Of a stretch of 64,000 nucleotides of DNA, positions 17,411 to 25,331 are shown piece after piece (the stretch's first letter is position 1; each line of letters begins with the position of its first letter). The stretch is taken from the sequence record PQ471516.1. One strand, written 5' to 3'. A model generated the notes under the pieces. That model was not told where the DNA came from and did not search any database. It worked only from the letters and a program-made list of their open reading frames with translations. The translations under genes and the position numbers were made by a program.

Positions 17411-17598
17411 CAGTAGAAGAAGTTAAAAAAGTACTGGCAGTACTACGCTATCATAATCATTGTAAGGTGAAGAATGATCCTGATTATCTTGATTCATCCC
17501 TGGAGGAAGACACCTTAAACGCGATAAGCTATATGCAAACATTAGCAAAGCGTATGACCGAAAAGAATAGGCCGGACTATATAGGAAATAAAATTTAA
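17407..17598 (+). CDS. Hypothetical protein
   Basis: ATGA-coupled to previous ORF. Confidence 0.7.
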   Translation: MTVEEVKKVLAVLRYHNHCKVKNDPDYLDSSLEEDTLNAISYMQTLAKRMTEKNRPDYIGNKI

Positions 17599-17685
17599 AA
17601 AGTACTTGCATTGTAGTTAGATTAACGTATAATGTTTTATATCGAGAGGGGGAAATGGTTTCCCCTCAAGTCCAGGAGATACACC

Positions 17686-17949
17686 ATGAACACTATCGAA
17701 ATCACTATCAATGCACACGTATACGACAACGTAGTACTGCAAACTACTATGACCGCTAATGATACCAGTACTTTGCGGAATACTGTTATTAGTGCCGTAT
17801 GTGCTGCAATCGGTGATGTATCCCTGGAAAATGCAGAACATATCAACAACGGTTTCACTATGTGCAAGCGTGATAACGCAAAACATATCATCGTGGAAGG
17901 TTACGGCGGTGTAGAATTTAATGTTTATATGAAAAAAGTACTTGCATAA
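17686..17949 (+). CDS. Hypothetical early protein
   Basis: Promoter cassette, RBS AGGAG; start adjusted. Confidence 0.8.
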   Translation: MNTIEITINAHVYDNVVLQTTMTANDTSTLRNTVISAVCAAIGDVSLENAEHINNGFTMCKRDNAKHIIVEGYGGVEFNVYMKKVLA

Positions 17950-18016
17950 TAACTAAAACAAAGTATAATGTTTTGCATAGGGGGAGATATCCTCCCCCAC
18001 TAAAAGGAGTAATAAA

Positions 18017-18241
18017 ATGGCTAACTTTGATGAACTGATGCGGGAAGTAGCTAACCTGGCAGAAGAGAAGAAATCATTCGATTCTATCTATAACACCGCT
18101 CACCGTGATTCAGTACTGGCATGTAACCAGGATCAAAAAGATGAACTAATCGCCACCTATCATGAAGCATGGAAGTACTACCGACAATGGGAGAAAGAAG
18201 AAAGTGAGTCTACCATTGACGGCCTCAATAATCTAATCTAA
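18017..18241 (+). CDS. Hypothetical early protein
   Basis: Promoter cassette, RBS AAGGAG. Confidence 0.8.
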   Translation: MANFDELMREVANLAEEKKSFDSIYNTAHRDSVLACNQDQKDELIATYHEAWKYYRQWEKEESESTIDGLNNLI

Positions 18242-18317
18242 AAGTTTTATTTCAGTACTATTGACATAGCTTGATAGTACTGATGTAATAACTTTACTAA
18301 CTACAAGGGGAAACATA

Positions 18318-18575
18318 ATGGAACAGTTCACACAATATCGGGTAAATCATCAAGCTATGGCCTACGTAGAAGACCATAAAACGTTACCAGTACTGCAACC
18401 AGTTAAAGGCCATATCTATCGTGCAATGTCGTGGTGTACGGCTCAGGATGGCTATAAAACCGTAGCCGTTGGTATGTATTGCGGTAATGGTGAATGGTTT
18501 GATCCAAATAATCCGGTAGCCATTGACAGTACTGAACAAATGAAATGGGCCGACTATATCGAGGATATCTCATAA
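18318..18575 (+). CDS. Hypothetical early protein
   Basis: Promoter 18261. Confidence 0.75.
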   Translation: MEQFTQYRVNHQAMAYVEDHKTLPVLQPVKGHIYRAMSWCTAQDGYKTVAVGMYCGNGEWFDPNNPVAIDSTEQMKWADYIEDIS

Positions 18576-18664
18576 AACTATTTGACAGTACTAACCAGTA
18601 ATGTATAATGTTTTACATAGAGCGGGGGAATAGTTCTCCCGCCAATAGTTTGGAGTAAAACATT

Positions 18665-18865
18665 ATGTCTATCGCTATCGCCCTGGTTGAAGTACTGAAA
18701 GAAGCTAAAGCCAACCTTATCGATGTACAGATTAAGGAATTGCAAAACGGCTTAATCGGCTGTACTTGTACCGCTGGTGGAGCGGCAGACTATCGAGAAC
18801 ACGAATCACTCGAATCACTGGTTCGGTATCTTACCATGATCGTTGATGATTGGAGAATCATCTAA
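18665..18865 (+). CDS. Hypothetical early protein
   Basis: Promoter cassette, RBS GGAG. Confidence 0.8.
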   Translation: MSIAIALVEVLKEAKANLIDVQIKELQNGLIGCTCTAGGAADYREHESLESLVRYLTMIVDDWRII

Positions 18866-18921
18866 CAAAAAAGAATAAAAAAAGGGATTGACTCAGGTCA
18901 GTCCCTTTGCTATTATATACG

Positions 18922-18962
18922 CATAGACAAAAACTAGCCCACAGGGTGCATAAGTGTATCCA
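18922..18962 (+). ncRNA. Candidate small RNA, family copy K
   Basis: TTGACT 18888-N17-TATTAT 18911; GCCC-ACA-GGGUGCAUAAGUGUAUC. Confidence 0.6.
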
Positions 18963-19112
18963 AAATATATAGTTAATAACGGTGAGTAACTATCTGCTGG
19001 TGGAGTGAAAACTATTAATAAAAAAAAGTATTGACAAAGTATATCAGTACTGCAATAATGTATCTCGTAGGGCGGCAATGGTGCGACGGCCCACAAAGTT
19101 AGGAGATTCAAA

Positions 19113-19445
19113 ATGACTACTTCAATCGCTATCGTTAAAGCTTTCATCCGTACTAATGTTTCCTCTGTATTCATCGACGGCCTCGACCGTAACGTAGAAT
19201 ACTCAATCATTATCGCACAAACGGCAAACGGTTCTCGGTACATCCTTAATGATAGTGAAGCAAATCACTACTACTTCACTAAAGCCACTGGCTTTAAACG
19301 CATCGATGCTGATGTAGTATACGCTAAGATGAATAAGCTGGTAGACAAGATTAACGCGAAAGGTACTATCGATTTACAGTACTGGACCGAAACCGATCCA
19401 GAATATGGATCTCACCGCTACCTGAATCCGGGTATTAAAATGTAA
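19113..19445 (+). CDS. Hypothetical early protein
   Basis: Promoter 19031, RBS AGGAG. Confidence 0.8.
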   Translation: MTTSIAIVKAFIRTNVSSVFIDGLDRNVEYSIIIAQTANGSRYILNDSEANHYYFTKATGFKRIDADVVYAKMNKLVDKINAKGTIDLQYWTETDPEYGSHRYLNPGIKM

Positions 19446-19534
19446 AAAGTACTTGCATAGTACTTAGATTCATGTATAATGTTTTACATAGAGAGGGGGA
19501 AATGGTTCTCCCTCCTAAATTAAGGAGTTTTATC

Positions 19535-19936
19535 ATGACCTTCTCAATCACTTCCTTCGCTGACGTTTTAGTACTGGCTCGGACTTTTGGTAAAGATGCA
19601 CTGGAGTACGCTGTAAGTAATGGCACTCTCCAACCGGATCAATGCCGCATCATTGGAAACTGCAAACGTTGGGCGGTATCCAATACTATTGCACTAGAAA
19701 ACTTCAACGATGGTAACAATGAGTATTCAGTTGATGCAGTATTCGAAGCCGTTGATCTTGGCGGTATCTATAACACTAACCTAAATGATGTGCGTATCGT
19801 TCGCACTGGCTTCGGTGCTTATGATGTATCTATCCGTGAAGCTATGGACAAGGGATACATTAGCAAGGACTTACTTGCTCACATCATGCAGCTATGGACG
19901 GAACGTAACGAAGCACGTACTATCTTAGGGCTGTAA
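19535..19936 (+). CDS. Hypothetical early protein
   Basis: Promoter cassette, RBS AAGGAG; start adjusted. Confidence 0.8.
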   Translation: MTFSITSFADVLVLARTFGKDALEYAVSNGTLQPDQCRIIGNCKRWAVSNTIALENFNDGNNEYSVDAVFEAVDLGGIYNTNLNDVRIVRTGFGAYDVSIREAMDKGYISKDLLAHIMQLWTERNEARTILGL

Positions 19937-19997
19937 CCATCACTAAACATCATAGGCCGCTCTCTAGCGGCCTTAACTATATCAGGAGTAACCTACT

Positions 19998-20207
19998 ATG
20001 TATTACACCGTATACAGTGTTCTAGGCACTATTGCAGGCGTACATGATAACGTCGATAGTGCTATGCGTACAGTACTGCAACAGGTTCCACTAAAGCCTA
20101 AGACCATTAAGCAGATGACAGCACGACTAACCAGGGCGACGGCTGGCGTGGAAGTATGGCAGGACTATGGGGATACACAGATAATCGTAAGCGTAACGAA
20201 GGATTAA
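19998..20207 (+). CDS. Hypothetical protein
   Basis: RBS AGGAG. Confidence 0.75.
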   Translation: MYYTVYSVLGTIAGVHDNVDSAMRTVLQQVPLKPKTIKQMTARLTRATAGVEVWQDYGDTQIIVSVTKD

Positions 20208-20353
20208 TGCGTAAAAGGATTTAGTACTGATGCATTTTAAATTTTATGCATTTTTTAAAAACTACGCAAAAAATAACGAAGGATTAATGCGTAAAAGGAT
20301 TTAGTACTGATGCATTTTAAATTTTATGCATTTTTTAAAAACTACGCAAAAAA
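20194..20353. repeat. Perfect 80-bp tandem duplication
   Basis: 20194-20273 is identical to 20274-20353. Confidence 0.95.
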
Positions 20354-20521
20354 ACTAAACCAATACCTTAGCGTTATAGTTTAGGGATTGGACTATGTTT
20401 TTATGCGTGGGGGGGCATGGTGCGGGTAACCTTAGCGACTTCGAGAAAGTTGCCATAGGGGTATTGACTTTTTATATGGAACGTGTAAAATCTGAATGAT
20501 ATAAATTATCAAGGAGTCCCC

Positions 20522-20752
20522 GTGAAAAACTTAAGTAAAGATGAATACGATGAGTTACTTATACGAACTGTTAATAAAGCCTTTGGAGCCGCTACACCGT
20601 TGATACGTTTGGATTACTTCCTTTCGGCTACTCTAGGAACTAACTATCAGGATTTTTGGATAGATAAGTATATTGCACAACTAAAAGAAGATATAACTTA
20701 CAAGGTAGTCAATTACACTATACAAAACGCTATTACTAAAGGTAACAAATGA
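20522..20752 (+). CDS. LGTxxQ-family protein
   Basis: TLGTNYQD; promoter TTGACT 20464, RBS AAGGAG, GTG start. Confidence 0.85.
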   Translation: MKNLSKDEYDELLIRTVNKAFGAATPLIRLDYFLSATLGTNYQDFWIDKYIAQLKEDITYKVVNYTIQNAITKGNK

Positions 20753-20976
20753 AAGTCATAACACAAACACAAGCGTATTCACTTATGCTGCTTTACATGG
20801 ATGACTTAACCAGTATCTCCCGTGACCTCAATCCTTTGATTAGGGGTCATCTGCAATGTGAGATTCGCATGTTGGCTGTACTGGGGACCAACTTTCAACT
20901 GGAGTACGTTGAAGAATATCTTTACGCACTGAAGAGGTATATTGCACATGAAGCACATCTCGCCGGACGAACATGA
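20749..20976 (+). CDS. LGTxxQ-family protein
   Basis: VLGTNFQL. Confidence 0.85.
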   Translation: MKVITQTQAYSLMLLYMDDLTSISRDLNPLIRGHLQCEIRMLAVLGTNFQLEYVEEYLYALKRYIAHEAHLAGRT

Positions 20977-21166
20977 AGAAATCATTAGAAAACTCACACA
21001 GCAAGCATTAAATCTGTATAACGATCCATCTAAAACATGGTATGAAAATAGAATCGCAGTGAGTGACTTATGGGTTCTGCACTTTATCGGGACACAGTAT
21101 CAAGAAAGGTATCTGGATCAATTGATTGGACATTTACTGCAAGGAATTATAATTAAATGCGAATGA
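20948..21166 (+). CDS. LGTxxQ-family protein
   Basis: FIGTQYQE. Confidence 0.85.
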   Translation: MKHISPDEHEEIIRKLTQQALNLYNDPSKTWYENRIAVSDLWVLHFIGTQYQERYLDQLIGHLLQGIIIKCE

Positions 21167-21405
21167 AAATCCTAAGCGAAGTAGAATTTTCTGAAAGAAT
21201 GAAACTAGGAAGAAACGCCAGATTAAAAGTCTACGATGAAGTGGGGTTAACTAACACACAAAGGGCCGTAAAGCGTGCGGAAATAACATTACCTTACTTC
21301 CTTGGGACGAACTATCAGGAAACGATGATTGAGAACTATATAAATGACCTTAAATTTCACATCCATGAAACATATAAAGGTGTACTGAATGAAAAAACTA
21401 AGTAA
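21163..21405 (+). CDS. LGTxxQ-family protein
   Basis: FLGTNYQE. Confidence 0.85.
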   Translation: MKILSEVEFSERMKLGRNARLKVYDEVGLTNTQRAVKRAEITLPYFLGTNYQETMIENYINDLKFHIHETYKGVLNEKTK

Positions 21406-21631
21406 TTACGATTACTTCAAACTATTGGACGGCATCAAAGGTGACATACGTTTAATTCATAAAACCGAAACCATTCCAAGGGACGATAGGATTATTATTG
21501 TATCAGAAATGAAACTCAAACTCCTTGTGGGAACCGATAGACAGAATATCGCGGTGGACTTACTTATATCATCCTTACGCAATAAGATATGGAACCAATA
21601 TAATGAAGACAATCGACATAAAGGAATTTAA
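21389..21631 (+). CDS. LGTxxQ-family protein
   Basis: LVGTDRQN. Confidence 0.85.
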   Translation: MKKLSNYDYFKLLDGIKGDIRLIHKTETIPRDDRIIIVSEMKLKLLVGTDRQNIAVDLLISSLRNKIWNQYNEDNRHKGI

Positions 21632-21830
21632 CATTAGACTGGCTCGAACTCGTGCACTAAGACAACAGATTTTCTACGATACAAACACACCACAAACCAA
21701 AAAGGATGTTGCAATATCAGAGATTAACATGTATAGTACCTTGGGAACGCAATACCAAGAGATGTACGTCCAAGAGCATGTACTGAACTTGAAAAAGGAA
21801 ATCCAACATGAAATACATCGATGCCGCTGA
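21603..21830 (+). CDS. LGTxxQ-family protein
   Basis: TLGTQYQE; start adjusted. Confidence 0.85.
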   Translation: MKTIDIKEFNIRLARTRALRQQIFYDTNTPQTKKDVAISEINMYSTLGTQYQEMYVQEHVLNLKKEIQHEIHRCR

Positions 21831-22047
21831 AAAACAACGTAGATTAATGGAATCGCTTAAAGCATGTAAAAAGATTTTCAATGACTATACGATTACACAT
21901 GAAGAACGAATGGTGCTAATCGCTGAAACCCGCGTTCTGGTTATGCTGGGAACATCTGAACAGGAAGGTGCAGTTGAAATCTTACTTAAGGAAATGCAAT
22001 TCCACTTAAAACGAAGAGACAAAGATGAAACACTTGACAAGCGATGA
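21808..22047 (+). CDS. LGTxxQ-family protein
   Basis: MLGTSEQE. Confidence 0.85.
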   Translation: MKYIDAAEKQRRLMESLKACKKIFNDYTITHEERMVLIAETRVLVMLGTSEQEGAVEILLKEMQFHLKRRDKDETLDKR

Positions 22048-22285
22048 ATTGAATGCTAAATTAAACCATGCTTTCACGTTAAGAACAAGAATTATGATGA
22101 ACAAGAATTACAGCATAAACGAAAAACGTATCCTCTGCGTAGAAGCTACTATGGGTGTACTGTTAGGAACTACCAAGCAAGAGCATCACGTTAATCTTGT
22201 TATCATGGAATTACTCCAGGAAATCAAAGGTAAAATCTATATTCAAAATATGAGAAAAGCTATCCACAGGAAGGATACTGTATGA
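22025..22285 (+). CDS. LGTxxQ-family protein
   Basis: LLGTTKQE. Confidence 0.85.
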   Translation: MKHLTSDELNAKLNHAFTLRTRIMMNKNYSINEKRILCVEATMGVLLGTTKQEHHVNLVIMELLQEIKGKIYIQNMRKAIHRKDTV

Positions 22286-22500
22286 AGATGTTGAGTCCTC
22301 TGGAATACATTTTAAAAATAAGCTCTACTAAACCAACCTATAATAACCTTTGTTCTACTCTGGACTTAACCAAAACAGAAAAAGATCTACTAAGGCGTGA
22401 TTTGGAGTTGGGTGTACTGTTAGGGACAAACTATCAAGAAAATTATGAAGTGTACTTTATCGAATCTTTAATCAGAGAAATAGAATGCAAAATGAAATGA
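22282..22500 (+). CDS. LGTxxQ-family protein
   Basis: LLGTNYQE. Confidence 0.85.
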   Translation: MKMLSPLEYILKISSTKPTYNNLCSTLDLTKTEKDLLRRDLELGVLLGTNYQENYEVYFIESLIREIECKMK

Positions 22501-22739
22501 TATACTTAACAAACGATGAACTAAAAGTAAGGCTCGTTAAATCCAGAAGAGATATCGATAACATACCAAAAGACCCTATGCAATCCCCAGCAGCAAGGAG
22601 TGCTGAAGTATTATATGCACAACTCTTGTACTTTCTAGGAACTGATATACAAGAACATTACGTTCAATCCTGGCTTAGATACACTAAATTTACTATTCAA
22701 GAAAAGATGCATGAACAAGAATTTCCTAAATCGGAGTAA
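22497..22739 (+). CDS. LGTxxQ-family protein
   Basis: FLGTDIQE. Confidence 0.85.
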   Translation: MIYLTNDELKVRLVKSRRDIDNIPKDPMQSPAARSAEVLYAQLLYFLGTDIQEHYVQSWLRYTKFTIQEKMHEQEFPKSE

Positions 22740-22743
22740 TAGA

Positions 22744-22968
22744 ATGCAAAGACCTAAACCACTAGGAACAGCAGAATACATTGAACTAATGGCAGTGAAT
22801 TTCTCTGCATTTAAGAAACTGCTACAAGAATCAAAGAATGATTTAGAGTATAAGATTAAGGGTTCTGATTTAAGATTGTTACTTACTTTAGGAACAGACA
22901 TTCAGGATAAATCTGTTCAAGAGCATATCAGAGCACTTACACATAGCATCTGGCATAAACATTCCTAA
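22744..22968 (+). CDS. LGTxxQ-family protein
   Basis: TLGTDIQD; RBS GGAG. Confidence 0.85.
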   Translation: MQRPKPLGTAEYIELMAVNFSAFKKLLQESKNDLEYKIKGSDLRLLLTLGTDIQDKSVQEHIRALTHSIWHKHS

Positions 22969-22982
22969 ATTGGAGAAATACA

Positions 22983-23210
22983 ATGCAAGCCCCAATCAAA
23001 ATTCTAACAACTAAAATGTATCACGATGGTTTAATGAAGAGATCTCAACAGCTACTGAATATTTCCTTAAGCGATAAAAGTGATGAAGAGATTGAAATGC
23101 TCAGACAGGAAGTCAGACTAGATATCACGATAGGCACTGATGCACAATCAGAATACCTTGGTTATTATATTGATTGTACTAAAGATTACATCAAGAGCCT
23201 ATGCCAATGA
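22983..23210 (+). CDS. LGTxxQ-family protein
   Basis: TIGTDAQS. Confidence 0.85.
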   Translation: MQAPIKILTTKMYHDGLMKRSQQLLNISLSDKSDEEIEMLRQEVRLDITIGTDAQSEYLGYYIDCTKDYIKSLCQ

Positions 23211-23215
23211 CATAT

Positions 23216-23250
23216 TAGTACTGAATACTTAGTACTTAGTACTGAATACT
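23216..23250. repeat. Short AGTACT-based tandem repeat
   Basis: TAGTACTGAATACT-TAGTACT-TAGTACTGAATACT. Confidence 0.85.
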
Positions 23251-23272
23251 AAATTTTAATTAGGAAAATAAA

Positions 23273-23641
23273 ATGAAAAACATTTGGGGAATTGATAGTA
23301 CTAGTACTAAACAAAATGATTTAGCACTTTCAGTAATTGGCGTTGAGTTTATTAATCTACAAGGAAAGACATTCTTTTTATCTTGTTCTTCTGATGATGA
23401 CGTTAATATGTGTTTTGAATTAGATAAACATAACATTTCTTTATCGTACATTAAAAGTGAAGGAACATTAGTATATAGAGTGTATGATACTGATAGTACT
23501 AATAATGAGAGTACTGATAGTACTGTTTATTACATCCACGATAATACAGAAATGATAGTAGATCAAAATGGAAATGAACACAATCTATTTGGTTTATCTT
23601 ATAAGGATAGTTCTTATTTAATTTCAAAGATTATGGAGTAA
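23273..23641 (+). CDS. Hypothetical protein interrupting the LGT array
   Basis: RBS AGGA; no LGT motif. Confidence 0.75.
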   Translation: MKNIWGIDSTSTKQNDLALSVIGVEFINLQGKTFFLSCSSDDDVNMCFELDKHNISLSYIKSEGTLVYRVYDTDSTNNESTDSTVYYIHDNTEMIVDQNGNEHNLFGLSYKDSSYLISKIME

Positions 23642-23644
23642 TTA

Positions 23645-23869
23645 ATGCACATAATAACACCAAAGGAACTATGGCGTAGGCTAGGACTAACTGCTACTAA
23701 CTCTAGTCCAATCAGGACTGACCCAAATCTGACAGTACTAGAGAAGCGTGTTTTAATGCATGAATTACAATTGCACAAAACCATAGGAACAAACTACCAG
23801 GAGCAGTTCGTGGGAATTTACCTCAAGAGTTTACAAGATTTAATTAAACAGAATAAAAGGACATTATGA
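23645..23869 (+). CDS. LGTxxQ-family protein
   Basis: TIGTNYQE; close paralogue of next gene. Confidence 0.85.
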   Translation: MHIITPKELWRRLGLTATNSSPIRTDPNLTVLEKRVLMHELQLHKTIGTNYQEQFVGIYLKSLQDLIKQNKRTL

Positions 23870-24105
23870 GCATCATCTCAATAAACCAAGATGAACTATT
23901 GCGTAGGATAGGACTAACAACTGCACGTGCTATTGCAATTCGTAATAATCCAAACTTTACAGTACTAGAAAAGTACGCTTTAATGTATGAAGTAAAATTG
24001 AATGCTATTTTAGGAACAAACTACCAAGAACTATTCATTGAAAGTTACTTAAGTGCATTAAAAGATTTAATTGAACATAATAAAAAGGAATATACCAGAA
24101 TATGA
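23866..24105 (+). CDS. LGTxxQ-family protein
   Basis: ILGTNYQE. Confidence 0.85.
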   Translation: MSIISINQDELLRRIGLTTARAIAIRNNPNFTVLEKYALMYEVKLNAILGTNYQELFIESYLSALKDLIEHNKKEYTRI

Positions 24106-24347
24106 GAATCATTACATCTCAAGAGTACAGAAACATTATGCTCAATACTATCCCTGATTGCAGGGCAATAGATAAACTAACCTTAAGACCTGATGAGCGA
24201 AAGTGCAAGTACTATGAACTTATGTACTTTAACTTACTAGGTACTAACTACCAGGAGCATCATATTAAAGCGTACTTAAATGTTTTAAAGGAAAGTACCG
24301 AATACCTTATTGAACAATCTAAGAAAGCTAAAAAGAGACAGAAATGA
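24102..24347 (+). CDS. LGTxxQ-family protein
   Basis: LLGTNYQE. Confidence 0.85.
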   Translation: MRIITSQEYRNIMLNTIPDCRAIDKLTLRPDERKCKYYELMYFNLLGTNYQEHHIKAYLNVLKESTEYLIEQSKKAKKRQK

Positions 24348-24604
24348 CAGCAATGAAAGAATTAAGACACGAAGATTACTTTACTTTTATTTCAAAGCAC
24401 AACCAACAGTACAAAGAATTTAAAGAGCAGAGTACTTCCCATTATGAGTACTGCGTATTAAGTACTGATTATACTTTAGGTTTTACAGTAGGAACTACAT
24501 TACAGGAATACTCTATTGGTTTGCACTTAAATGCATTAGAAAGATTAATTCAAAGTAAAGTCCTAGAACATGAACAAGAAAATAAAAATACTAACAAAAA
24601 GTGA
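24344..24604 (+). CDS. LGTxxQ-family protein
   Basis: TVGTTLQE. Confidence 0.85.
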   Translation: MTAMKELRHEDYFTFISKHNQQYKEFKEQSTSHYEYCVLSTDYTLGFTVGTTLQEYSIGLHLNALERLIQSKVLEHEQENKNTNKK

Positions 24605-24806
24605 ATACGCAGAAATCATTTTCAATTCTATACACAAGTACCAGTACTTAAAAGATAATTACGAATCGATAGAGTTAGAAGTTAAAAAAGCAGACTTAGA
24701 TGTATTAATAGCTTTAGGTACTAATTATCAAAAGTACAGTACTCCAAGATTAATAGAAGTATTACTACAAGAGGTCCAAAGTAAATGCAATGACAATAAC
24801 AATTAA
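24570..24806 (+). CDS. LGTxxQ-family protein
   Basis: ALGTNYQK. Confidence 0.85.
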   Translation: MNKKIKILTKSEYAEIIFNSIHKYQYLKDNYESIELEVKKADLDVLIALGTNYQKYSTPRLIEVLLQEVQSKCNDNNN

Positions 24807-25056
24807 TAAGAACATAGTAGTAATACAGTACATGAGTTCTGTGCAGTACAAAAATGAAATTGCTAAAATGCAGAGCAATAGTACAGAAGACCGTTCTAAG
24901 TACTTGTGGTTAGTACAATCCAGAGAAATCGTTTTAAATAAATTTATAGGGACAGATGCACAAGAGTATTGCTTAGAGCAGTACATTGAAGCGTTGATGA
25001 TGCACATCAGAGGTCTTAAGAAATTACGTTACAGTATTGACAGTACCAGAAAGTAG
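24790..25056 (+). CDS. LGTxxQ-family protein
   Basis: FIGTDAQE. Confidence 0.85.
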   Translation: MTITINKNIVVIQYMSSVQYKNEIAKMQSNSTEDRSKYLWLVQSREIVLNKFIGTDAQEYCLEQYIEALMMHIRGLKKLRYSIDSTRK

Positions 25057-25094
25057 TGCTATAGTACCTGTACGTTCAATAAAGGGTAGAGATT

Positions 25095-25331
25095 ATGATT
25101 AAATTAGCATTCGGTATTGTAGTACTGGCACTTGCAATCAGCTTAGGTCTAGCTGCACTAGAAGTTAATGAATTAGAAGAGATGCATTGCACAAAGACAG
25201 GACAGAGTAGAGTTGAAACGGTTATGATACCCGTGACGGTTATTGTGAATAACATGCCTATCACAAATCTGATTCCTACCCTAACGACAACGTACAAGTA
25301 CACTTGTGATGACGGAGAGCGATGGAGATAA
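25095..25331 (+). CDS. Membrane-anchored small protein
   Basis: N-terminal hydrophobic helix, two Cys; promoter TTGACA 25037-N17-TATAGT. Confidence 0.75.
   Translation: MIKLAFGIVVLALAISLGLAALEVNELEEMHCTKTGQSRVETVMIPVTVIVNNMPITNLIPTLTTTYKYTCDDGERWR

Larger units (their letters stand above)
6682..19003 (+). other. Cluster of Chi sites (GCTGGTGG)
   Basis: + strand at 6682,10957,11466,12416,13402,15787,17195,18773,18996; one reverse copy at 6620; one more at 61855. Confidence 0.8.
615..19480 (+). promoter_or_regulatory. About 40 sigma70-type early promoter cassettes (TTGCAN/TTGACA-N16/17-TATAAT/CATAAT), most followed by a GGGGAA-NNN-TTCCCC-type hairpin and RBS
   Basis: -35 boxes start at 615,1075,1392,2070,2630,2748,3431,3793,4678,5146,5463,5930,6755,7074,7315,7607,8880,9109,9700,10135,10449,10720,11831,12248,12520,12817,13450,13566,13925,14196,14626,15415,15691,16748,17055,17606,17942,18261,18582,19031,19453; each sits upstream of an ORF or RNA motif. 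Confidence 0.85.
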
